A stretch of DNA of 64,000 nucleotides from Octopus sinensis (taxonomy: Eukaryota), in NCBI RefSeq assembly GCF_006345805.1, contig NC_043013.1, positions 48,856,001 through 48,920,000 of the forward strand, in the 5' to 3' direction. Each line of letters opens with the position of its first letter. The stretch's first letter is position 1. The notes under the pieces were generated by a model, which had not been told where the DNA came from, made no database searches, and worked only from the letters and a program-made list of their open reading frames with translations. Shown one piece after another: positions 13,577 to 25,470 of this stretch. A program made the position numbers and the translations under genes.

Positions 13577-13611
13577 GTTTCCGACGAAGAGCTCCGCTCG
13601 AAACGTCAAAC
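13577..13611 (+). ncRNA. Minimal type I hammerhead ribozyme-like fold (U4C core variant)
   Basis: gttt / ccgacga / a / gagc-tcc-gctc / gaaac-gtc / aaac: stem I gttt:aaac, stem II gagc:gctc, palindromic stem III ACGT, GUC site. Confidence 0.65.
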
Positions 13612-14263
13612 CCTCCTTCTTCCCTTCTTTCCTGAGCGTCCAATAATACTTTATTTGTTCCACGTCCTTGTGTTGTTATTTTTTTGTTTTTGTTTTCTTG
13701 TTTGGATTAACTATATATACATATGGTTGTTAGAGACATTGGGTCGACAGGTGGCGTGAACATCAATGATAAATTACAAACACGCTGGGTCGTATATGGC
13801 ACAAAATTAATAGATAGAACCATGCAGTAGGCGAGTGGTATAGTGGTATCCAAGAGATCAGAGAGGCCTTGGGAAACGATTTGGGCAAGTATATGGAAAA
13901 GAAGGGCATAATCAAGAAAGCATTAAGCATTGGAAAAGCACTGTGATCAGTGGAGTATGACAACATCCGACAGACTGATCGATTCAGTGGTTTATATATA
14001 TATATATATAATGCATGTATATGTTTATAGGCATGCATTTGTCTATATGTATTTGTGGTGTTGTACACACATAAAAACAAACGCAAACACACACATATAT
14101 GGCAGTAGCTTTGTATGACCATCGTTTCTTTTGTCCAGTCTGTGGAGTTGTCTATAAATCGTTGGCTGGGTTAAAGCTTCATAAGAGTCATAAGCATCTG
14201 AGCTAATGCGAAAGTAAAACAACTCTGTTAAAACCTCATACATCAAAATCGAAGAAAAAAACC

Positions 14264-14343
<80 letters not shown>

Positions 14344-14349
14344 CATTGT

Positions 14350-14760
14350 TAAGGCGGCAATCTGGGAATACCGTTTGCACGTCGAGCAAACTGCTTAACG
14401 GCATTTCGTCTGTCTTCGCATTTTGGATTCAGATTCCGCCGAGGTCAACTTTGCCTTTCATCCTTTCGGGGTCGATAAAATAAGTACCAGTAGAACACTG
14501 GGTTCAATGTAATCGACTTAATCTCTTCCCTAAAATTGCTGCTCTTGAGGCAAAATTTAAAACAATTATTATTATCGGTGAGCTGGCAATATCGTTAGCA
14601 CGTCGGGCAAGCAGCTTAGCGGCACTTCGTCCGTCTTCTCGTCGTGGGTTCAAATTCCGCCGAGGTCGATTTTGCCTTTCATCCTTTCGGTGTCGATGAA
14701 ATAAGTACAATTGAACACTAGGGTCGATGTAATCGACTACGCCCCAATGATAATAATAAA
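14350..14760 (+). mobile_element. Two tandem SINE family B copies (14350-14570, 14575-14760) next to (TTA)n
   Basis: taaggcggc...ttccgccgaggtcaactttgcctttcatcctttcggggtcgataaaataagtaccag, then a second gagctggcaatatcgttagcacg...gcctttcatcctttcgg. Confidence 0.85.
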
Positions 14761-14929
14761 CCTTTCTACTATGCAAACAAACACAATACATACATACGTA
14801 CGTACATACGTACGTACATACATACATACATACATACATACATACATACATACATACATACATACATACATACGTACATACATACATACATACATACGTA
14901 CGTACGTCATGTTGAACCGTTAATCTCTA

Positions 14930-15110
14930 TACATTTTTTCTCTCATCGTTTCTTTCGTTCTCTCTCCATTTTTTCCATCTCAATCCTTTCTGACGAAGCT
15001 CGTAGGCACGGGAAGTCAAAGACTTTTCCATTCTTCCCGAGCGTCAAACTAACACACCTGCTTTGTTCCCTTACCTGCCTTCGTCTTTTGTTTTCTTACA
15101 TACGTACATA
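14930..15110 (+). mobile_element. Degenerate copy of the hammerhead-motif element with an intact CTGACGA core (14990-14996)
   Basis: ctttctgacgaagctcgtaggcacgggaagtcaaagac...cctgccttcgtcttttg, homologous to the 9474 and 52235 copies. Confidence 0.65.
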
Positions 15111-15194
15111 CATACATACGTACATTATGTATACATATAATATAATATAGTATAATATAATATAATATAATATAATTTAATATAATATAATATA

Positions 15195-15225
<31 letters not shown>

Positions 15226-15852
15226 CACACATACCAAAGGTGTACGTGCGGCTTATACTACTAAATACATGGCATTTTTGTTGATGCATCGTATGCTCCA
15301 TAGTTGAATCTGTGCTCATATAAATCGGAAGTATTATGAAATTACATAGATTTATTCCTGCCACGTAATGCTATGCCCACATATCGGAACTTTTCTTGTA
15401 TTCTTGCGACTGACTTGATGTAGAGTTATACACCTACAAAGTGACAATCCATATTGCTTGATTTGATTTTCCTCAGATCTACAGATTAAATTCTGTGACT
15501 TACAAATAAACATGTGTTTACTCTAAAGTTCTGTCAATCTTTAAACTTGGACTCTGAGCCTTAGTGAAACACGAATATGTAACAATTGTGTCCTCCATAA
15601 TTAGTAATAGTGGCGTTCGAGATTTGTTTACGAAATTTTGCTCTCATAAGTATAATTTTCAATGTCTTAAATTGCTATGTGCCTTTCTTGATTTTGCTGA
15701 CATTTTCCAAGAACTTTGCTCTCGGATTCAGTCTAACTAGTGGCACCATTGGCAAGTGTCTTCCTGTAGCATCGGGCTCATCAAAGCCTTGTGTGTCGAC
15801 TTGGTAGACGGAAACTGAAAGAGGCCCGTCGTATATATGCATGTGTATATAT

Positions 15853-16510
15853 TTGCGAGATGCATTAAAAAAAGTATTCGACTATATTTTCTCCCTTCAA
15901 AACTAATGCTGTGTGGGCAAAATCCTTTAGGTGGGAGGTAACGTCACCCTTCATGCGCACGAGAGAATATTTTCATGCCGGTAGGTCTCATCAGTTCACG
16001 GCTGTTACGCATAGAGCACAGACGTATAGTGCACGGTCGTCTGATTTTCGTTTTCACGAACGCATCGAGCAGAGTTATTGCATCAAGTATTGCCAAAAGC
16101 TTGTTGATGCTCAAGCTCGAATCATCTAGCATATTCAGCAGACTTTTAGTGATGATGCCACGGGCAAAACTCAGGCCAAGGATTGGTAAAACCTCTTCGA
16201 ACACGGCCGCACCTCAGCGGAGAGCGAAGCACGCTCAGGCAGGCCATCCATAAACCGATACGAAAAGCTGATTGAAAAGGCTCGACGAGTAGTCATGGAA
16301 GGCTGTCCAGGAAATTGCTACTGAAGTGGGAATAAGCACATGATCAGTGTGTTCCATTCTAACGTAAGATTTGTGCATACGGAGAGTGCAGGCGAAATTC
16401 GTTCCTGGCAGAGAAGCAGAAGCAGCTCTGCATGGAAATAGCTGAGGAAGATGCACGACCCACACTTCACGAAGACCATCACCACTGGTGATAGGACATG
16501 GGTTTATGGT
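15853..16510 (+). mobile_element. Mariner transposase pseudogene, N-terminal half up to the first catalytic motif
   Basis: ERIEQSYCIKYCQKL...RSGRPS (HTH) and, after stops and frameshifts, QEIATEVGIST...AKFVP...TITTGDRTWVYG. Confidence 0.85.
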
Positions 16511-16618
16511 CTCTGCTCGTTGTGTTCGGTCATCTTGCATGAGAACGAAAATCTGATGAGCGTGCACTACACGTCTGTTCTCTATGCGTAACAACCGGGA
16601 ACTGATATGGCATACTGG
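16511..16618 (-). mobile_element. Inverted, diverged copy of the mariner 5' region
   Basis: Reverse complement gttacgcatagagaacagacgtgtagtgcacgctcatcagattttcgtt matches 16006-16052. Confidence 0.8.
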
Positions 16619-17020
16619 CACATATGTCCAGGAAGGCACATATGTGCAAGAAGGCACATATGTGCAAGAAGGCACATATGTGCAAGAAGGCACATATGTG
16701 CAGGAAGGCACATATGTGCAAGAAGGCACATATGTGCAGGAAGGCACATATGTGCAAGAAGGCACATATGTGCAGGAAGGCACATATGTGCAAGAAGGCA
16801 CATATGTGCAATTAGGCACATATGTGCAAGAAGGCACATATGTGCAGGAAGGCACATATGTGCAAGAGGCACACATGTGCAAGAAGGCACACATGTGCAA
16901 GAAGGCACATATGTGCAAGAAGGCACATATGTGCAGGGCGGCACGTATGTGCAAGAAGGCACATATGTGCAGGAAGGCACATATGTGCAAGAAGGCACAT
17001 ATATGCAAGAAGGCACATAT
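16617..17020. repeat. 18-bp minisatellite, ~22 units, each containing the 12-bp palindrome gcacatatgtgc
   Basis: Unit aggcacatatgtgca(a/g)ga; gives 6-aa periodic ORFs (QEGTYV, CKKAHM, RRHICA). Confidence 0.95.
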
Positions 17021-17620
17021 CCGTTTGTCTGTCTTTGTTTGTCCCCTCTGTGTTTAGCCCCTTGTGGGTAGTAAAGAAATAGGTATTTCGCCTGCCGCTT
17101 CGTTCTGAGTTCAAATTCCGCCGAGGTCGACTTTGCCTTTCATCCTTTGAGGGTTGAAGTAATCGACTGAACGCCTCCCCACGAACTTGCTAGCCTCGTG
17201 CCAAGATTTGAAACTAATATTCTTACACGGAACAAGGCAGTGAGCTGGCCGAATCGTTAGCACGTCGGGCAAAATGCTTAGCGGTATTTCATCCGTCCTC
17301 ATGTTTTGAGTTCAAATTCCGCCGAGGTCGACTTTGCCTTTTATCCTTTCGGGGTCGATAAATTAAGTACCAGTTACGCACTGGGGTCGATGTAATCCAC
17401 TTAATACCTATGTCTGTCCTTGTGTGTCCCCTCTATGATTAGCCCCTTGTGGGTGATAAAAAAATAGGTATTTCGTAAGTCCTCATGTTTTGAGTTTAAA
17501 TTCCGTCGAGGTCGAATTCGCCTTTCATCTTTTGGGGTAGATAATCTAAAGTTGAGCTCTAGGGTCGATGTAACTGACTTACCACCTCCCTCGAAACTGC
17601 TGGCCTTGTGCCAAAATTTA
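17021..17620 (+). mobile_element. Chain of SINE family B segments (tail-body, full-body)
   Basis: Three gagtt(c/t)aaattccg(c/t)cgaggtcga bodies; the tail aaatag joins gtatttcg twice (~17081 and ~17465). Confidence 0.85.
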
Positions 17621-18304
17621 GAATCAATATTTTTACATGCAACTTTGTTTCACAATGCTCTACGATGTAAAGTGTTGTATGTTACAATTTCTCGCCACCG
17701 TGTGTGTAAAGGGGTGGGGAGCCTACTAGAAAGTCTTTGTGCTATGCGACTAATGCGAGTTAGATGATGAATCATGCAAATTACACGTTTGCAGTCGAAT
17801 TTTAAAATATTATTTGTCGTTTATAATTCATTTTTGGGTTTCGACGCTTAACCATGTTATTGTTATGGAGATTTCGGTTCTTTGAGATTTTGTAATATGT
17901 TGTTAATGTCAGTTTATGGTCTGTTGTGACCGAATTTTGTGTTTCATTTTATGAGATTTTCTAAGTAATTCATACAATACACACATTACTCACTTTCCTT
18001 GTAATTTGCGTAATTTTAATTGGAGTAATGTTTGATGTATTTGTTGCCTTGCGTTTCTGTCAATATTCACCAGTAGCTTGTTCTGTTTGAATATTCCTTG
18101 TTAAGTGGTGTTTGTTTAATTTTGTGAATTTTGTGGAAAAGAAAATAGAACCTATTTTAAGCAACGATTATCACATTGATATTTCATAGCTATATGGGCT
18201 TTCGCGACCATCGCGTAGGCATATGTATTTGTTTGTATGGTTGGCGTAATGCTTCTATAGTTTCTTGTTTTATTTTTTTAATCTGAATGTTTTATATCTA
18301 AAAG

Positions 18305-18810
18305 TAAGGCGGCGGGTTAGCAGAATCGTTACCGCACCGTACAAAATTTTCAGAAAATATTTGCAAATTTATATTCTACACTCGGGAATTCATACGATTA
18401 TACAAATACCAAAAAGAAAATTGGGGGTGCATGATTTGATGACTATTTGACTGTGATTTTTAGCACATCTCTCGACCAGAGTACAAGCAGCAGATGGGCA
18501 CAAGCAGCAGAACACAGCGTCGACGCACATGCTTTCACGTAGAATATATTTGTTAACACTTGCTATCTCGCAGACAAAAGAGTTCTCATGTTAGGCTTGT
18601 TACTATGGAAACATGCACAAGCTTACGATTGACTAAAATTACCGAGTTTTGCCCGTCTTTTCGTCCTCAGTTCAAATTCTGCCGTAGTGGATTTTGCTTT
18701 TCATCCTTTCGAGGTCGATGAAATAAGTACCAGTTGAGAACTGAAGCTGATGTAATCGACTTACCTTTCCTCCGAAATTGCTGGTCTTATGCAAATATTT
18801 GAAACCAATA
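18305..18810 (+). mobile_element. SINE family B copy split by a 302-bp inverted insertion
   Basis: Head taaggcggcgggttagcagaatcgtta..caaaat ends ~18348; body gttttgcccgtctttcgtcctcagttcaaattc resumes at 18646. Confidence 0.8.
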
Positions 18811-19527
18811 TCATATTTAGAAATGGAATCATTTTAGAATTGTTTCGGGTTTTAAATTTTAGTTGCTCTGTAGGTCTTACCTTTATTCTTCACGTTCGTC
18901 GGTCTGCGACCAACAATTAAGTTGTTAACAAATCTAGTGTATACTAAGTTTGTGTTTAGGTATTATTTTGCTTTTTATTCTTGTTAGATAAAACTTTGCG
19001 AATGTAGGTCATCAGGAAAACCAATGGCTACTCCAACTTTTTGTTTATTTGATTTTCCAGATCTTTTCTGTTCGGCGGCCAATTTTCCGACTCTTCAATT
19101 TCTGTTCGAATTGATTTCATATTCGATGTAATGATGTAGTTTTGTATGCTAATCAATGCCATGAAATTCATTTCCGCCATAATTCAATAGATATAGAGTT
19201 ATTAATTTTTAACGTTTGCAAATTTTCGGTAATTTTAGTCAATCGTAAGCTTGTGTATGTTTCCATAGTAACAAGCCTAACATGAGAACTCTTTTGTCTG
19301 CGAGATAGCAAGTGTTAACAAATATATTCTACGTGAAAGCATGTGCGTCGACGCTGTGTTCTGCTGCTTGTGCCCATCTGCTGCTTGTACTCTGGTCGAG
19401 AGATGTGCTAAAAATCACAGTCAAATAGTCATCAAATCATGCACCCCCAATTTTCTTTTTGGTATTTGTATAATCGTATGAATTCCCGAATGTAGAATAT
19501 AAATTTGCAAATATTTTCTGAAAATTT
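18344..19527. repeat. Long inverted repeat: arms 18344-18645 and 19226-19527 (302 bp), 580-bp spacer
   Basis: Arms are reverse complements; I found 2 mismatches by eye. Confidence 0.93.
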
Positions 19528-20248
19528 CAAAAATATATTACCGCTACGAGGAGTTATATGTCATGCGGAAAACAGATGTTGATTTATTTACAGTTTCATA
19601 TTAAAACACGATACGCACAAAATTGAAGCTTTCAAATCCTGTCGTGCGACTGGGCGAACTTTATCAAATTTTAAGCCTCTATAACATTAAAAAAAAAAAT
19701 TCTGGAAAAGTGAAATATCTCCTGAGATTCAGCTTGGAAATCTAAATTAATACACCGAATTTTAAAATTTTCAAAAAACTTTGAAATTTCCATGGTTGCA
19801 GCAAAACAGAAAAGATCCGACTGACCTTGTAAGCGGGATCAAGGTGTTTCGATTGTGCAGATTTCTAGTTGGTTTTTCTATAAATTTGCTAGCATCGTGT
19901 ATGGCATATTTTTGCATGTTTGTAAAATTTCAATAGGTTTAGAAACTACTGAAACACAAGTGAAATGACTTTTACATCTAAGGTACCTGTTTCTTTCGTT
20001 TATTATGCGACTTCTGAAGTTCGCAACTGATTTTCTCCAAACTGGGAATGTACATTACTTATGTCCCAGAGATGGTTTTAGACTCTTAGAATGTTTCACA
20101 TAATGAATAATGGGGCCCTAATGCGCACAAAATCCGCTTTCCTGAGTAAACAAACGAACGATCGCATAACTTGGTCGCTTCGTTAGTTCAAGAGACATTT
20201 CTCTTGATGACGTACTTATTCTAATTTTTCTCTCTCTCCCTCTCTCTC

Positions 20249-20302
<54 letters not shown>

Positions 20303-21969
20303 CACTAAGCGTGTGTGTGTGTGTGTGTAAACCCGCAGAACTTCTGAAGTTCGCAACTGATTTTCTACAAACTAGGAACGTACATTACTTATATTCCAGA
20401 AATGGTTTTAGACTCTCATAATGAGTAATGGGGCCTCTGGGGGCAAAAATTCCTCTTTCCTGAAGTATGTACGACTGTCTGTATGGTCCATGCATTGCTT
20501 CTGTTCAAACTGGAGAAAACAGCTACCGAAATGATATAAGTAGGTTGTACTAAATGGATGAACTGATATAGACTTCAGACTACATTGTCTAAGTGGTACC
20601 AATAATAACCTGTTCCCGTAGTACCGTAAGTAGCAACTTGTTAGAATAAAAACCGTTTGGAACGCACTATGTTTAAATCGAGAGCAACTATTCAACGGTT
20701 TTTTTTAGCTTCTTCCTTCTAAACATACAAATAACCCATACAAATATTCTTCAGTTATTGATTACAAACCAAAATATTGCATGTGCATTACCCTGCTAAT
20801 TTATGGTGTCTAAGACCCAACCCCGTTAATTAGAGACCGTGTCCTTAATGTGACCTTGCGTGCCCGGACGCTGCATGCAGAATTGTTTCCGTTTGGGAGC
20901 TGGGTTGTCCTAATAATCGTTAAATGCTATTTACATGAAAGAGTACCTGATTGAGCCACGACTATTGATTCCAAACCGAAATATCGCATGACTGTGTTGT
21001 TTTGAAGAACTTCCTAGCCAATCATTTATACCACGTAATTTTTTTCATGTGGTGCTGTTGATGCGCACACAGGCTTAATTTATCACTTAGTAGTATTTCC
21101 TGTCTGCTGATTCTTCAGCGTGGTAGCGACAGCACCGACAGCCGCAAAGGAGAGTATATCTACCGAGAGCTTTTTGGTGCGTTTAAAAATCACATACCCC
21201 ACCCACTTTTCCATGACAAGACTAGGGCCTGGAATCTTCCAAACAGACGCATAACATGTCCCTTGGTTGTATGAGCCCTTCATTTACTCCACAAATGTTT
21301 TGTCGTCAATGCTGCACCTCTTTTTCTCACATATTTCAACTTAACTGTACCATATTTACAAACTATGCCATTTAAATCCCAAGTACCATATTTACAAACT
21401 ATGCCATTTAAATCCCTGCTAGTATACACTAAATGTGATTAGGGTGCAAAAAATCACCTATATTGTTAGAAGTAAGAGTTAAAATGCCCATGTCCGTTAA
21501 CTACAGCATTAGAGCATTTTAGCTCTTATTTCCAGCAACGTAAGTGTTTTTTAACACACTAGTCACATTTAGGGACAATTATAACTCTTCTTTTTGGTGA
21601 AACATTGCAACCTGCTGTTTACATTAATTTTGTGTATTCACATTATCGAATCGCTAAAACTTGGATAATGAAAAGATATATGCTAATATAGAAACAACTC
21701 CCAAAATAGCCAAACGCCGAACTGGCTTAAATAATGATGGCAATGGAAATTGCCGAAACTGACGCGTCAGCCTTAAGAATTCTCAGCCGGAATTTTTTCG
21801 GACAATTATGGTCCCTGTTATAGCGTATATGTTTTCATTCATGTGCGTTAATTAGAGCATTTAGCTCTTATTTCTAGCAACGTAGGTGTTGTTTAACACC
21901 CTAGTCACATTTAGTGACAATTATAATTCTCGTTATTGGTGAAACATTGCAACCTGCTGTTTACATAAA

Positions 21970-22000
<31 letters not shown>

Positions 22001-22116
22001 TGTATGTATGTATGTATGTATGTATGTATGTATGTGTGTGTGTGTGTGTGGTGTGTGTGTGTGTGCATGCATGCATGTGTGTATGTATGGCCAGCATATT
22101 AAAAAATACCTTTAAA

Positions 22117-22168
<52 letters not shown>

Positions 22169-22202
22169 ATATTAACCTCTGTATTCTTCTTATGAGAGAT
22201 TG

Positions 22203-22745
22203 AATCAAGTGGCCTAAGCTAAGTGAAACCAAAGAATGGTACAGCTAGGTCAAGACCCCTACAGAACAAAAATTAGAGGGACGGAAAAAGATCCCTTAGC
22301 TACAGGAGAAGAACAAGCAGTATACTACCTGAGGTGCAGTCATGAGATATGAAAAAAGATCTGGAGAAGAGGTGCTGCTTCCTCAGATCGTACAGACAAC
22401 CATGTGACAAGATGTAGATTTGTGATTTGAGAATGCAAAAGTGATAAACCTAGATGAGGTTATTGTCCTGGGGGAAAAAGGGTGCGACCAAGTCAATGAA
22501 TGGAGGGAAGGTATGTCTGACATGGTTACTGCCGGTCGGAGTTCGTGGTATGCTCAGTTAGTTTGGAGAATGCTTACTGCCAGAAGAATAACAGGAAGAG
22601 AAATATAGGCAGCTGTGTGAAGGGTGATGGATGCAGTAGAAACAACCTCTTGGTGGTGATGGTTCAAGAGAGAGAAATTGAACTGAAAGTGAAGGGGAGA
22701 TGACGTGCAGGGATTTGACCACCACTACCGCCTAATAACAGGAAG
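22203..22745 (+). mobile_element. Internally deleted HERO/NeSL-like RLE non-LTR retrotransposon relic
   Basis: IKWPKLSETKEW N-terminal-like block joined to a degraded RLE region (PQIV..., VINLDEVIVLGEKGCD, VMDAVETTSWW*WFKRE) resembling PDIVLWS..ELTVPWEE..SSxWLWxKR; comparison from memory. Confidence 0.5.
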
Positions 22746-22857
22746 ATGTTACGGTTCACGATTCAAACATCCAATGATAGTTAGATAATGTCGGATGATA
22801 TCAGTCCCTCCTCACGAAATAGGAATAAGGGAGAACCATCTTTTATGTAGATATAAT

Positions 22858-22891
<34 letters not shown>

Positions 22892-23266
22892 TTTTATTCT
22901 TTTATGCGGATGGACTGTTGTATATGTTATTTGATTTCTATTCAGAAGTGTTGAACCATGTGTTTTGGTACGGTAAGAATCGAAAGACTAGGTTACTATA
23001 AGTATTTATTGTGGTTTACTTGTCGGTTTTTAAGCGCGGTAAGTTGTATTCATATTATATTGTAATGGACAACTGCATATATATTTCATGGAGATAATAT
23101 ATGTGTGTGTGTGGGCATGTGGGCGTGTTATATATTTGAAAGACTATTTTCAGTGCCTCGTCGTAATACTTTGTGTTGCTGCTAAATACTGAACTTGAAT
23201 ATCTTAAATCCCGAATATAGTCATATATATAAGCACACATACATACATAGATATATACATACATAC

Positions 23267-23577
23267 ATGGTGGTGGCTGTCCCCTCGTTATCGAGTATGG
23301 CCATTGCGCGAAGCTTAATCAATGTTATCGTGCAATGCCTGTGCAAGAAGATTTTTTTAAAGTGAGGAAAGGCTGTGCACTGAGTCAATCCCACGCACTA
23401 AGCAACAGCAGCCATAATCCGAAAAGAAGAACAAGTCAACATCATCGGTAACCACTGAGCCGCAGATTTTATGTCGGAGTTATCCCAGTTACCCGAGTTA
23501 CCTTCTCCTAGAAGGATGCCTTAACAAAGGCTGGGAGTCCTTCACTCCCAATGGTTATTCAGTCCGATTATTTCTAC
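23267..23577 (-). mobile_element. Repeat family D (RTE-related), flanked on both sides by (CATA)n
   Basis: Reverse complement matches 58255-58572, including the taggagaaggtaactc...aaaa(c/t)ctgcggct-type RTE 5'-UTR motif. Confidence 0.8.
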
Positions 23578-25029
23578 ACACATACATACATACATACATA
23601 CACACATACATACATACATCTAAAATAGACGATGAATTTAATTTATAAACCTCTTCTAAAAAACACAGTCTCATCTAAATCCATAAAAAGATCATTTCTG
23701 TGAATCAAATATCTTTGGATATAACTAATGCTAAGAAAACCCAGAAAAAAAAAGATGCAACTTGGTATAACGCTCTTTACACAAAAGATGTGGCTACTTC
23801 TTTAGAATTACAAACAAGACTTTCTGACTGAAAACGATGTAGCATCATCGATCGATGCATGATAAGGTTCTCCTTATCTATAACACCAAACTTTACAGAT
23901 AAAGGCTTCTCATATAATTAACAAACACCCCAAACAAAATCCCTCTACTGACCGTGAAACAATATCTCTCATTTTTCCCTTTCACTCTTTCTTTTATACA
24001 TAATACTGCAAATCATATACTAGATAGAAATCTCCATGCTCATCTAACGTTAGAACATTCTATATTTAGTAATTTAATTAGAGATGATAATATCGAGGTA
24101 ATAATAATTAATTTAATAATCCTATCATGGAACATAAATCTAGTTCTTTTGTAAACACAGAAAGCGCTAATTTGAACCTTTGTAGCAAAATCACTCTACT
24201 AAGAGAGATAAACCTATACCTTTCCATATTGAAAAATCTCATATTTCAAATCACCAGGAATTGTGAATTATTCTATGTACTCTAACACGAAAATTATATA
24301 CACTCCAAAAGTAACAGTGAAAGCACTAAAGCAGAGGAACGAAAGAATTTAATTAACAGTAAGAGGAATTCTACAACTCTAAAACCTGTGGAATTTTAAG
24401 CCAAGAATCCGCACACATGTAACTGTGAATAGCCATTAACCATTCCTTCGAAGATAAGTGCTTATTACACAATGTAGTATGTAAATGCAATGTCGTAACG
24501 CTAGCTGACAATAGATATTACACCGGTTCTTCGTCAAGTATATTTAAATGTCACTTTACTATGCATAGACATACATTTAGTACGACTTCGCTAGATGCCT
24601 GTACATAAGGTTTAAAATCTAAAGGTACTAGTCCTAAAATGTCATAGAGTACCATCGCAACAGTTCCTGCATACATTAGAATTAAAAAAAAAAGATTCTA
24701 GGCTTGGCCTAATGGATGGTCTCGGAATATTCTTAGTAGATAATAGATTACTTAGTCGGAGAAGTGAAAGCGTAATATCCTAAGGTAAACATATTTTTCA
24801 AATCTTTCAGATTCTTTCGTCATAATTCCGAGTAAATTGACAACCATAATACAAATAACTAGACAGCAATAATTTATCCATGAGCCAGAAGAAAATAGTA
24901 TAGAAGCACGTAAATTAACGAAACCTAAATAAGTGGATAGCAAGAGACTGAATCTTCAGTCACTCACCTGACTGCTATATGGAGAGATATAAAGACCTGC
25001 TCGTTTGGCTAGGTATGTTAGTACTTCTG

Positions 25030-25470
25030 TAGGGCTGTGTACAAATACATGTATGTGTGTATGTATGGATGGACGGACGGATGGACGTATGTATGTATGT
25101 ATGTAGGTCTGTATGGACGTATGTATGTATGGACGTATGTATGTATGGACGTATGTATGTACGTATGGACGTATGGATGTACGTATGGACGTATGTATGG
25201 ACGTATGGACGTATGTATGGACGTATGTACGTATGGACGTATGTATGTATGGACGTACGTATGGACGTATGTACGTATGGACGTATTACGTATGTACGTA
25301 TGGACGTATGGACGTATGTATGCATGGACGTATGTACGTATGGACGTATGTATGTATGGACGTATGTATGTATGGACGTATGTATGTATAGACGTACGTA
25401 CGTATGGACGTATGTACGGACGTATGCATGTATGCATGTATGTATGTATGCATATATGTATGTATGTAAT
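25030..25470. repeat. Compound minisatellite mixing ATGT and ATGGACGT units
   Basis: Direct reading; source of the MDVCMYGR ORFs. Confidence 0.93.

Noticed and set aside
16617-17020. CRISPR-like array of palindromic repeats
   Set aside because: The units are contiguous with no unique spacers, there are no cas genes, and the context is eukaryotic
16584-17114. Repeat-protein ORFs (QEGTYV)n, (CKKAHM)n, (RRHICA)n
   Set aside because: All frames on both strands are open because the 18-bp unit has no stop codon; there are no splice or start context clues for a real gene
20460-21300. Possible decayed transposase on the minus strand (SCHGK, CGCRCC, TYGTTGTGYYW fragments)
   Set aside because: Motifs are scattered over frames with many stops and I cannot assign a family; BLASTX would be needed
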